Shown: positions 39,235-48,771, counted from the first letter of the stretch. The stretch is 64,000 nt of DNA from a bacterium (GCA_023139105.1 JAGLOF010000091.1:10391-74390), one strand, 5' to 3'. Program-made: numbers and translations. Notes: a model not told the origin generated them from the sequence alone.

Positions 39235-39567
39235 ATGAAAGTTATACTAAAGCCAAAGTATGCAGATAAAAAGGAAGTAAATGATCTTAGTGCATCGGTT
39301 TTATATTTGGTTATTGGTCTAGAAGCGGATGATTATCGATTGATAAATGATAATCGGCGGCCATATTTGTATGATCATAAATTATTTGATTTAATTGATG
39401 AAAAGGAACCAAGTAACTGGTGTAATGAATATGGGGATGATGGTGAGAGGTACGCTTATCCTCCAGAACTAAATAAATCAGGTTTTTTTGAAGATTATTT
39501 TGATGGAAATAAAAAAGCATTAAAAATTTTTAATGATTATTTGAAACAGATAAAACTTTTAGTTTGA
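39235..39567 (+). CDS. putative immunity protein for orphan toxin 2 (small, acidic, cytoplasmic)
   Basis: ATG 3 nt after the toxin stop. 110 aa, D/E/Y-rich, no signal peptide. Confidence 0.55.
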   Translation: MKVILKPKYADKKEVNDLSASVLYLVIGLEADDYRLINDNRRPYLYDHKLFDLIDEKEPSNWCNEYGDDGERYAYPPELNKSGFFEDYFDGNKKALKIFNDYLKQIKLLV

Positions 39568-39758
39568 TTTTTTATTTGATATGAAATTGATAATGTATCG
39601 ATGTCATTCAAATGGAATGCTTCAATTAATTTGATCGGGTAGGCATGTTTGAAAAATAACTTTACACAAACGGCTCCCACACCTAAATTGGAGTTTAATA
39701 AGTAGCCATGTAGGCCGGGGTTTACCCTGGCCTACCTAACAAATAATGATTGCTATTT

Positions 39759-39790
39759 ACAGACATACCTGCGTGTATGTCTGTTTTTTA
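39759..39790 (+). terminator. intrinsic terminator closing cassette 2
   Basis: ACAGACATAC-CTGCGT-GTATGTCTGT is a 10-bp stem followed by TTTTT. Confidence 0.75.
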
Positions 39791-40041
39791 TGTGATGTTT
39801 TGTTGTAGGTAATTGGGTGTATTACAATTTATTGTTGTAATGCTAGGATAGGCCTCACACTGCAGAGCTGTGTGGATGTGTTTTCCGCAATGACACCATC
39901 AACGGTTAGTTACGCTAATTATAGCAATGGCAACTGCGTTAGTTGTACTAATCAGAATGGTACGGTTACCGAGTCTACGATGACCAGGATCGGCTGCTTT
40001 CTTATGGTAATGCTTCTTACGGCTACACTCCTAACGGTTCT

Positions 40042-41040
40042 TTGACGTATAAAGCAGTTGGCACAGACACAACTTTTTACCATTACGACCTGCTTGGTAA
40101 CCTGATCAGCGTTGCCCTGCCAAATAGCGATTTCATAGAGTACATGATTGACGGGCAGAACCGCCGCATCGGTACGTTGGTTAACGGTATTTTTAAAAAA
40201 GGCTGGCTTTACCAGGATCAGCTCAATCCCGTGGCAGAACTTGACAGCCTTGGCAATATTTCTACCCGGTTTGTGTACGGATCAAAAGGGCATGTGCCGG
40301 ATTACATGGTTAAAGATGGCATAACTTATCGCTATATCACCGATCATCTCGGTTCTGTGAGATTGGTAATTAACACCACCACTGGTGCCGTTGCTCAGTG
40401 CATGAAATATGATGAGTTCGGTAATGTACTGGTGAATACCAATCCTGACTTCCAGCCATTTGGGTATGCGGGTGGCCTCACTGATACTCACACAAGCTTG
40501 GTGCGTTTTGGTGCCAGGGATTATGATGCCGGTGTAGGGCGGTGGACGGCTAAGGATCCGATTGGGTTTGCAAGTCAATCAGGAAATTTATATAGTTATG
40601 TAATGTCGGATCCAATGAATTGGATTGATCCAAGTGGTTTGTCAAAACTTATATTTGACCGTAGTAGAGGAAAACTCGAAATATGGCAAGATAATTGGGT
40701 TGGCCCACCGTTGATTTTTGCCGCAGGAAATTTTACGGTAAATCAAGATGGGGATCCTTTGCAACCGGAGAGTTTTGGTCCAACTCCAAATGGGCTTTTC
40801 GATCTTGGAGAAATGATAGAAACAGGTTTGGATCCATGCTCTTCTTTTGGATCAGGTTTTTTTAGAATTAATCTTCCAAGTAAAGAATCTGGTGAACATC
40901 GTACGGGTGTTGGTTTGCATGCAGGCAGGAGAGATTCAGGTGGTGTAAAGCATCGTACGCTTGGTTGTATACGAACAACTGAAGAGGCTTTAGCAGTTCT
41001 TAGGAATGATCTGCCAACTCAAATATTAATTCAGGAGTAA
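40042..41040 (+). CDS. orphan RHS C-terminal fragment 3 with Tlde1/DUF2778-like L,D-transpeptidase-fold toxin domain
   Basis: RHS homology is recognisable from about 39880 (degenerate, with stops), and the frame is open from 39952. The core ends [11 protein letters not shown]. The 132-aa tail (40642-41037) carries [11 protein letters not shown]...GFFRINLP...[24 protein letters not shown], i.e. H-x15-C with T-x-G-C as in YkuD/Tlde1 catalytic sites. Confidence 0.75.
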   Translation: MTYKAVGTDTTFYHYDLLGNLISVALPNSDFIEYMIDGQNRRIGTLVNGIFKKGWLYQDQLNPVAELDSLGNISTRFVYGSKGHVPDYMVKDGITYRYITDHLGSVRLVINTTTGAVAQCMKYDEFGNVLVNTNPDFQPFGYAGGLTDTHTSLVRFGARDYDAGVGRWTAKDPIGFASQSGNLYSYVMSDPMNWIDPSGLSKLIFDRSRGKLEIWQDNWVGPPLIFAAGNFTVNQDGDPLQPESFGPTPNGLFDLGEMIETGLDPCSSFGSGFFRINLPSKESGEHRTGVGLHAGRRDSGGVKHRTLGCIRTTEEALAVLRNDLPTQILIQE

Positions 41041-41679
41041 ATGATGAAATTATATTTGGTTATTATTTGTATAATAACAGGGATGGTTTTTCAAGAAGTG
41101 GAATCTTCTACTTTTCAGGATAATGTTGTTCTGAAGAATATTTTCACTGATACTTCAGTAGATACTACTCAATATACAAGAATGCTAAATAAAAGCACAG
41201 TTTACACACAAAATGTGAAAAATTTCTTGGTTGAATATTATTTATTTATGAGAGACCCTGGAAAAGAAAGAATTAAGTATATTAATGCGTTTCCAGAAGA
41301 TTATGATAGTATTATGCACTTAGTATATGAAAAAATTGAGCTAGAAAGATTTTCGCCTAGTTTTTTATTTTCTTTTAAGGTAATAGGAGATGCTGCGATA
41401 TCTGGAGACTGTAATGCAGCAAGGAAGGTTGTAAGAGTATATGTGAATTCTGATGGTGTTGTTGCAGATCTTATGTTCGGATATCTAGTAACTCTTTTTA
41501 AAACCAATTTGGATTTAATATTGAATACAATTTGTGAATTAAATGAGAGGGATACTAAAAAAATCTGCTTATCTCTGAAATACCTCAATGTAGAGGACAA
41601 AGATATTATTAGAAAGAATGTACTAAAACATACAGAGTCTTGGTGTCATAATTTGGATGCTTTAATGGGAAGTCTATAA
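41041..41679 (+). CDS. putative periplasmic immunity protein for orphan toxin 3
   Basis: The ATG immediately follows the toxin TAA. Signal peptide MMKLYLVIICIITGMVFQEVES. 212 aa. Confidence 0.6.
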   Translation: MMKLYLVIICIITGMVFQEVESSTFQDNVVLKNIFTDTSVDTTQYTRMLNKSTVYTQNVKNFLVEYYLFMRDPGKERIKYINAFPEDYDSIMHLVYEKIELERFSPSFLFSFKVIGDAAISGDCNAARKVVRVYVNSDGVVADLMFGYLVTLFKTNLDLILNTICELNERDTKKICLSLKYLNVEDKDIIRKNVLKHTESWCHNLDALMGSL

Positions 41680-41819
41680 GAATTAGCCAAGTAGATATTA
41701 TGTTTGAAAAGTGACTTTGTATAAACGGCTCCCACACCCTAAATTCCTTTTGTGAAGAAGAAAAATAAGGGAAGGGCAAGTATTAATGCCGGCAAAGGCA
41801 AAGGATATAGCAATCACAA

Positions 41820-41851
41820 CAGGCATGCCATTCGGCATGTCTGGTTTTTTT
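41820..41851 (+). terminator. intrinsic terminator closing cassette 3
   Basis: CAGGCATGCC-ATTC-GGCATGTCTG is a 10-bp stem (one G-U pair) followed by GTTTTTTT. It is similar in sequence to the terminator at 39759. Confidence 0.75.
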
Positions 41852-42004
41852 GTGCGCCCGGCCGGTCACGCTCACTAGGTGGTGGGAGTCCACTATACGC
41901 CCGACAAGGGGAAGTATTAGCCGAGCGGCAAGGTTATCATCGTGAGTTGATTGCTGAAGGAAGGTGAAGGCAAAGCACTGGTCTGACGAACAGAAATCGT
42001 ATAT

Positions 42005-43222
42005 GAGGCCCTGGGCAGACTGGGATTTGTAATCGACCCTATCGGCCGCAGCAGCCACATGGCCTACGATTCTGTCGGTAGAGTAACTCAACAAACGCTG
42101 CCTGATGGCAGACAGATCGCCTACACCTACGATGCCAATGGCAATTTAACTTCACTCACACCCCCGGGAAGACCGGCTCATCTCTTCTCGCATACCGCCG
42201 TTAATCAAACAAGTCTCTATCAACCGCCTGAACTGCCTGACAGTCTCGGAACGACCTTCTACGAATATAACCTTGACCGTCAGATCACCCGTACTATTCT
42301 GCCGGGTGGCGATACAATCCTTGTTAATTATAGGTATGAAGGTTGTGGCTGCGGCAGTATCGGTTCAGTTGCACGTATCGGATTTGACCGTGGTTTTCAG
42401 TATTTCAAGTATGATACAACCACTGGCCATTTAAAATACATCATTTCTGCTGATAACGATTCCCTTGCTTTTGCCTATGATGGCCGTTTGCCCTTGTCTG
42501 TTGCCTGGACAGGGATGATAAACGGCAATGTGTCGGTAACCTATAATAATGATTTCCGGGTGACCTCCCAGAGTGTGAATAACGGGAATACGGTTGGATT
42601 CGCCTATGATGATGACGGTTTACTCACGGCTGCTGGTGATCTCTCTCTGGCCTATGATCCGGTTAATGGTATGCCTTTGGGAACACAGCTTGGTAACGTA
42701 AGTACTGAAAATACGTTTACCGGGTATGGAGAATTGGCCCGTTTTGAGTCTAAATATAAATTTGATAATTTATTCACAACTGATTATTCACTTGACTCTC
42801 TCGGTCGAATTAATCATATTAATGAAGTTACATTAAACGATACCAATGCTTACGCCTACGGTTATGATTTAACAGGCAGACTAATCAACGTTTCAAGAAA
42901 CGACACGGTTGTTTCTGCATACACCTACGATGACAACGGCAACCGGCTTTCTCACACTACACTTGACGGTACGGTTTACGGAGTTTATGACAATCAGGAT
43001 CGGCTTCTTTCTTATGGTGATGCTTTTTACGGCTACACTCCTAACGGTTCTTTGACTTACAAAGCAGTTGCCTCAGACACAACTTTTTATCAGTATGATC
43101 TGCTGGCCAATCTGATCAGTGTTAATCTGCCAGATGGTACGGTTGTATCATATATGATCGACGGGCAGAACCGGCGCATCGGTACGTTGGTTAACGGTAA
43201 TTTCAAGAAAGGCTGGCAGTAA
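42005..43222 (+). pseudogene. truncated duplicate of the RHS YD-shell segment (no N-terminus, no core end, no toxin)
   Basis: Colinear with main-gene 33913-35130, with only scattered substitutions over the first ~450 bp compared by eye. The ORF 42059..43222 ends ...[16 protein letters not shown], exactly at the KKGW junction where the orphan cassettes begin. Confidence 0.8.
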
Positions 43223-43352
43223 TGTGTCAGCTTGTTTTTTATCATGATCATCCATCTATCATGGGTATATGTGAGGCGTGTTTGTGAATCATACTTTGTG
43301 TGATAGCTCAAATAAATTTATTATATTCCATTAAGTATAAGGAATATGTCTT

Positions 43353-43550
43353 ATGACGGATTACAAATATGCTGAGCTAACTGGTAAGATCATTGGTTGT
43401 GCAATGCGTGTGCATAGTGCTTTGGGCAATGGATTTCAGGAAGTGATTTATCAACGCGCGTTGGCCATTGAACTTGACAAAGTAAAATTGCTATTTGATC
43501 GTGAATTGGAAATGCCCCTCAATTATGGTGAGTGCGAGATTGGGACATGA
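43353..43550 (+). pseudogene. GxxExxY-family protein fragment (truncated)
   Basis: The N-terminus LTGKIIGCAMRVHSALGNGFQEVIYQRALAIEL matches the GxxExxY family. A TGA falls before the conserved R.DFLV block, and family similarity is lost soon after. Confidence 0.6.
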
Positions 43551-43670
43551 CGTGTAGATTTTCTAGTATTGATTCATTTTAATCGAAAAAAAAATACCCA
43601 CTCGATTCGCCATAGAGCCTTTTTTCAATTATGAGAAATCCACTTAAAAATTCATTGACATTAATGGAGG

Positions 43671-44273
43671 GTGATTATGGTGCAACATATGGATATTCAA
43701 AAACCTGACAACTATTCTGACAAAGATTATAAGGCATTCCGTTTCAAGTTGGGTTCACAATATACTTCAAAAAAGGAACTTGAAGAGATATGCATGACAT
43801 TAGCACATTTACCTACTAAAGAAGCCAGTGAGATACTTGATGAGTTTAAAAAAACCGAGAGAGGGGGGGATGTTGAGTGGCTGGATTGTGCAATTGAAGA
43901 AAATAAGTTTTTGTTGTTATCTCCGGAGAATGAACAGGAAAGGCGGGATTTTATCGCAATAAAGTTGATTGGTGAGATCTTTGATAAAATTGTAGAACTT
44001 CAGTGTCAAACTGATGGGTATCAGTTATGTATTATCAAGAATGAAATTCGACTCCAGGCATTGGGGAAATTACAATCAGAAAATCAAATTGATCATGAAA
44101 TCGCCGCTCTTAATGAAGTTATGAAGTGTAATAAACAGAAGATAAACGATATTCAGCAAAGTATTCTTCTTGAGGAAAAAATTGAAGACGAAATCAGGGC
44201 ATCTATTGTTTCAGAAAAATATAAGAAGCTTGACCCTATGGATTTGGTTGATTTTCATCATGATGGGGAGTGA
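43671..44273 (+). CDS. hypothetical protein (acidic, helical)
   Basis: A 200-aa ORF with reasonable coding appearance. No motif recognised. It lies between RHS remnants and could be a stranded immunity gene. Confidence 0.45.
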   Translation: MIMVQHMDIQKPDNYSDKDYKAFRFKLGSQYTSKKELEEICMTLAHLPTKEASEILDEFKKTERGGDVEWLDCAIEENKFLLLSPENEQERRDFIAIKLIGEIFDKIVELQCQTDGYQLCIIKNEIRLQALGKLQSENQIDHEIAALNEVMKCNKQKINDIQQSILLEEKIEDEIRASIVSEKYKKLDPMDLVDFHHDGE

Positions 44274-44583
44274 ATCTTAGCGCCGGGTGTCCTGACCATT
44301 GATATTGGCGTGTGGCACGGCCCTTTGGGCCGTGTTTACACGTTGGTTGCGTCACAGGTGGCCGGATTAAATGATGAGCTATGATACAAGACAATACTTT
44401 TTTGATTTTAACGGGCTGGCGTAAACACATCAGCCTGTTTTCTATCATGGTCATTTATAACGCAAGTTTGTGAATTATACTTTCTTTGATAGTTCAATTA
44501 TATTTAAAACTTGCAAAAAACTATAAATAGCGGTATTTTAGTACAGGAATTTAGATTAACTACTGTACTAAAGGGTGGTTATT

Positions 44584-45723
44584 ATGATTTATTATCCCAG
44601 AATTCTTTCTGAACAAGTATTTGATGCCCTCACTCCTGGAAAGGTTGTGTTAATTACAGGGGCAAGGAGAGTGGGGAAAACTGTATTAATTTCACGAATA
44701 ACTGAGAGGATAAATGAAGAAGTACTTATGCTGAATGGTGAGGACTTTACAATAAAAGAACAATTGCAGGGGCAGCGTATTGAACAGTACCGTAGCCTTC
44801 TCGGAGAAAAAAGTGTTCTCATTATAGATGAAGCGCAAAAAATAGATAATATCGGTCTGATAATAAAATTGATGATCGATAATATTGATGGATTGAAAGT
44901 CATTCTAACCGGCTCATCAGCACTTGACCTGGGAAATAGATTTGGGGAGGCACTGACAGGTCGTAAAATTACATTTCATCTTTTTCCTCTGTCAATACAA
45001 GAATTCAAAGAATTTGAGAATGATCTTGAAATTAAAGATAGATTTGAAGAGAGGCTTATTTACGGCATGTATCCGGAAATCTGGCAGACAAATGACAGAA
45101 TGAAAAGGATTAATTATTTAAAAGAATTGGCAAATGATTATCTGTTCAGAGATATCCTTCAGCTGGAGAACATCCGTAATGCCTCAAAGTTGCAGGATTT
45201 ACTTCGCCTTATTAGTTTTCAAATTGGGAAAGAAGTATCAAATGAAGAACTTGGGCGCAAGCTGGGTATGAATACAAAAACAGTTAGTCGGTATCTTGAT
45301 CTTTTATCAAAGGTTTTTATCATATTTAGGGTCCAGGGATTCAGCCGGAACTTGAGAAAGGAAATCACAAAAAATTATCGCTGGTATTTTTATGATAACG
45401 GGATACGGAATGTATTTTCTGCTAATTTTAACACTATTCGACTGCGGCAAGATATTGGCCAAATATGGGAAAATTTTATTATAGCTGAAAGAATAAAATG
45501 TCTGTCATACAGTAGAGATTATGGTAATATATATTTTTGGAGAACATATGACAAACAAGAAATTGACCTGGTAGAAGAGCGTGATGGATACCTGCATGGA
45601 TATGAAATTAAATGGGGGAAAAAGAACAAGAAATGCCCACCGGCCTGGAGTAAAGCCTATCCAGGAGCTTCGTTTAAGATAATTCATCCTGAGAATTACC
45701 TTGAGTGGGTGGGGGGGGGGTGA
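44584..45723 (+). CDS. AAA-family ATPase with DUF4143-like C-terminal domain
   Basis: Walker A GARRVGKT and Walker B LIIDEAQ, with a C-terminal region typical of ATPase/DUF4143 proteins. AAGGGTGG precedes ATG 44584. The gene ends in a G10 tract. Confidence 0.8.
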   Translation: MIYYPRILSEQVFDALTPGKVVLITGARRVGKTVLISRITERINEEVLMLNGEDFTIKEQLQGQRIEQYRSLLGEKSVLIIDEAQKIDNIGLIIKLMIDNIDGLKVILTGSSALDLGNRFGEALTGRKITFHLFPLSIQEFKEFENDLEIKDRFEERLIYGMYPEIWQTNDRMKRINYLKELANDYLFRDILQLENIRNASKLQDLLRLISFQIGKEVSNEELGRKLGMNTKTVSRYLDLLSKVFIIFRVQGFSRNLRKEITKNYRWYFYDNGIRNVFSANFNTIRLRQDIGQIWENFIIAERIKCLSYSRDYGNIYFWRTYDKQEIDLVEERDGYLHGYEIKWGKKNKKCPPAWSKAYPGASFKIIHPENYLEWVGGG

Positions 45724-45999
45724 CTTATGATGATTAATAAGCCTTTTCTATCACGTTTGTGTTTCCAACTATAGAGAATAAAGTGGTGGCATCAGTCTTT
45801 AGATTAACTCATCCATAGTTCACAAAATGCTCAAAAGATGGCTATGGATTATCTAGCACTCGTTTCGGTATAGATCTTTTTTGAAATTGCTCACAGGAAC
45901 CTTTGATTCGATATAACAGGGAGGGAAGGTAAGGAGGCATGAAATTGCAGCTTCAACACCAGGCACAAGCTGTAGCAGCACCCGATGTTGAAATGTATT

Positions 46000-47031
46000 T
46001 TACACATTAAACCTGAAATCAATAATATCACCGTCTTGTACAATGTAAGTCTTGCCCTCAAGGCGGACAGTACCGCGTTTGCGTGCTTCTGCGTAATTAC
46101 CGGCATCAATTAGGTCGTCATATGCTATAGTCTCGGCGCGAATAAAACCCTTCTTGATATCCGAATGAATAACATCGGCGGCATCAACGGCTATTGTTTC
46201 TTTTTTTATTGTCCATGCACGAACTTCGTCAGGTCCAACTGTGAAGAAAGGCATGAGCCCCAGTAGGTCGTAGGATTCACTGATGGCCCTGTGTGTGGCC
46301 GGTTCTGTAATGCCGTATTCCTCTAAAAAGGTTTTGGCGTCTTCATCATCCATCTGTGTGATTTCATGCTCAAGCTGGGCACGTATTGCAAAACAGCGTT
46401 CTTTTTGTGCAAGACCACCTACCTCCGGCATTGAATCATCGTCCTCACCGTTATTGAAGACAATCATAAGAGGGCGTGCGGATAGAAAGGCAAAACCACG
46501 CAAGAGCGGGTCAGAGGCAATTTCCGGATAGTGGCGCAATGGTTCTTCACGCTCCAGAATCTCTTTAACTTTAATGATTATTGCCTCTTCTTCCGGTGAT
46601 GCCTTGGTTGGGCGTCCTCGGTCTTTTTCAATTCTTTCCATACGCTTCTCGGCAACTATAAGATCGGCAAATATAAGTTCATTCTCTAGTTTCAGGAAGT
46701 CGGCCAGAGGATCAGGCGTGCCAAGGCCTGCGGCATTGTGGTTGCGAACTACATGGATCAGGGCATCACAATCCCGCACAGCCGTCCATGGCGATTGGTT
46801 TTTGGGTTTGTCTGTCTGTGCATTCCTGCCGGGCAAAAAGTATTCAATTTTTGCATATATGGTCTTTTTCGGATTGTACATTTTTGTGAGAATGTCAATA
46901 CGCAGCTCAGGCACTGTTATAGTCCCAAGGCGGTTTTCAGCCTTTTTTTCCGGCTGTGCAGGGCTCTGTGTAAGTGCTTCAAATAGTGTCGCCTTGCCTG
47001 ACATTGGCAGACCCATGATACCAATCTTCAT
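46000..47031 (-). CDS. ychF: redox-regulated ATPase YchF (Obg-family GTPase-like)
   Basis: MKIGIMGLPMSGKATLF P-loop and a TGS-like C-terminus ...GKTYIVQDGDIIDFRFNV. Confidence 0.9.
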   Translation of the reverse strand: MKIGIMGLPMSGKATLFEALTQSPAQPEKKAENRLGTITVPELRIDILTKMYNPKKTIYAKIEYFLPGRNAQTDKPKNQSPWTAVRDCDALIHVVRNHNAAGLGTPDPLADFLKLENELIFADLIVAEKRMERIEKDRGRPTKASPEEEAIIIKVKEILEREEPLRHYPEIASDPLLRGFAFLSARPLMIVFNNGEDDDSMPEVGGLAQKERCFAIRAQLEHEITQMDDEDAKTFLEEYGITEPATHRAISESYDLLGLMPFFTVGPDEVRAWTIKKETIAVDAADVIHSDIKKGFIRAETIAYDDLIDAGNYAEARKRGTVRLEGKTYIVQDGDIIDFRFNV

Positions 47032-47055
47032 AATTCCAAACTCCTGAATGATTTA

Positions 47056-48723
47056 CTATTTCTTTTCACTAACTTTGGGCTTGCCTGATTTTGCCCCTGT
47101 ACCTTCGCTACGGCGTGGGCGATGGCGTTGGTCACTATCTTTCTTATTGCCTGACTTGCTGCCGGAGCGATCTTGTTTTTTGCGATCTCCACCGCCTGAT
47201 CTGTGACTACTGGAAGTACGGCGTTGTCTGGTCGAATCAGACCTTCCACCACGCTGTGTAGATTCAGGTTTTTTAGGTGTTGGATCCAGAGCTTCAGCCA
47301 GTTCAGGAGACTGAGCATCAATGTAAAAACTGTCCAGAACCATGGCAAGCAGCTTTTGGCCGTCTTCTGTTTCGCCGTAACGACGTGCCAGATCTGTAAA
47401 TCTGACAACTCTCTCTTTAGTCAATGGATCCAGTCCGTGAAGGCGTGCCTCCAGCATTACTTCAAGTCGTTCCGAAACGATATTTTCAACCTCAGATTCA
47501 GTTGGAATATCTATTTTAGGCATTTCAATTTTATAACGTCTTGCCAGACGTTTTAATGTAAGCTGCTCAATAATTCCAGTCAAGGTGATGGCAGTACCTG
47601 TTGCACCTGCGCGACCTGTCCGGCCTGCACGGTGAATATAATCTTCATGATCTTCCGGTACTTCATAGAGAAAAACATGTGAGAGTGCGGGAATATCAAT
47701 GCCGCGAGAGGCTACATCGGTTGCAACCAGGAGGCGTAATTGGCCGGCTTTCATCTGGTGTATGAGGCGTTCTCTGTTGGCCTGACTCAAGTCAGATGTA
47801 ATGCCTTCGGCTTTATGACCAAAATTTTTCAGAGTTTCTGCCAGGTATTCCACCTGAGCCTTGGTATTACAGAAGATTAAAGCCTGATCCGGATTTTCAA
47901 CTTCTATGAGCCTGAGAAGTACTCTGTCTTTATCCAGGCCCCGGACAACTGCATAACGATGATTAATTTCAGTAACATGAACATTATCCTTTGAGAGGCT
48001 CAGTGTCTCCGGTTTATTCAAAAAAGAGTCTGCCAGGCCCATGACGCGGGGTGGGAATGTAGCGGAAAAGAGATAAGTGTTAATATGTTTACCGCCGGGT
48101 AGTTCACCTTTGATGCGTTCCATGTCAGGATAGAATCCCATTGAGAGCATGCGGTCAGCTTCATCAAGAACTAATATGCGTAATTTGTCCAGTTTTAATG
48201 TGCCGCGCTGCATGTGATCAAGAATTCGTCCTGGTGTCCCAACAACAAGTTGAACGCCTTTTTCCAATCCCTTGAGCTGAGCACCGTAACCAACGCCACC
48301 GTAGATTGGCATTGATTGCAGGCCTGAATCACCAAAGAGCATTTTTGCTTCCAGATGAACCTGTTGCGCCAGCTCTCTTGTAGGGACGAGAATAAGTGCC
48401 TGGCATTCAGCTTTATTCGGATCAAGGCGTTTGATCAAAGGTAAAATGAAGGCACCTGTTTTACCACTGCCGGTTTTAGATTGAACCATAAGATCTTGTT
48501 TTTTTAATATATAGGGAAGTGACCGCGCCTGTACGTCCATGAGTTTGCTCCATTTGGCCCGTTTGGCTGCTGCTTGAATTTCAGCTGGCAAAGATTTTAA
48601 CTCAGCCGGTGGTAATTCATCCTTGGTCGGTTTTAGCGCGTCTTTTTTTAATGGAGACTCTTCCTCGATGGGCTTTGGCCCCGAGAGTCTGCTTGATTTC
48701 TTTTTTCTACCAAATTGTGACAT
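47056..48723 (-). CDS. DEAD-box ATP-dependent RNA helicase with basic R/S/G/K-rich tail
   Basis: The SKTGSGKTGAF, VLDEADRML (DEAD), SAT, and HRAGRTGRAG motifs are all present. Confidence 0.9.
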   Translation of the reverse strand: MSQFGRKKKSSRLSGPKPIEEESPLKKDALKPTKDELPPAELKSLPAEIQAAAKRAKWSKLMDVQARSLPYILKKQDLMVQSKTGSGKTGAFILPLIKRLDPNKAECQALILVPTRELAQQVHLEAKMLFGDSGLQSMPIYGGVGYGAQLKGLEKGVQLVVGTPGRILDHMQRGTLKLDKLRILVLDEADRMLSMGFYPDMERIKGELPGGKHINTYLFSATFPPRVMGLADSFLNKPETLSLSKDNVHVTEINHRYAVVRGLDKDRVLLRLIEVENPDQALIFCNTKAQVEYLAETLKNFGHKAEGITSDLSQANRERLIHQMKAGQLRLLVATDVASRGIDIPALSHVFLYEVPEDHEDYIHRAGRTGRAGATGTAITLTGIIEQLTLKRLARRYKIEMPKIDIPTESEVENIVSERLEVMLEARLHGLDPLTKERVVRFTDLARRYGETEDGQKLLAMVLDSFYIDAQSPELAEALDPTPKKPESTQRGGRSDSTRQRRTSSSHRSGGGDRKKQDRSGSKSGNKKDSDQRHRPRRSEGTGAKSGKPKVSEKK

Positions 48724-48771
48724 AATCTCTCTTTCTTTGCTCTTTCTCTTCTACTTTAGGGAAGTACGCGA

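Noticed and set aside
41752-42094. ORFs 41752..41967 (+) and 41783..42094 (-) between cassette 3 and the RHS fragment
   Set aside because: They lie across an intrinsic terminator and degenerate RHS-derived DNA. Their sequences are low-complexity (KKKNKGRAS...). They are unlikely to be genes.
43548-43550. The in-frame TGA in the GxxExxY-family ORF as a fourth selenocysteine codon
   Set aside because: No stem-loop follows it. The position is not a redox Cys in this family, and family similarity is lost shortly after R.DFLV. It is interpreted as a nonsense-truncated pseudogene.
47028-47408. ORF 47028..47408 (-) as a separate gene downstream of the helicase
   Set aside because: It is an alternative frame overlapping the R/S/G/K-rich tail of the DEAD-box helicase gene. 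Repetitive basic-tail DNA commonly generates such ORFs.
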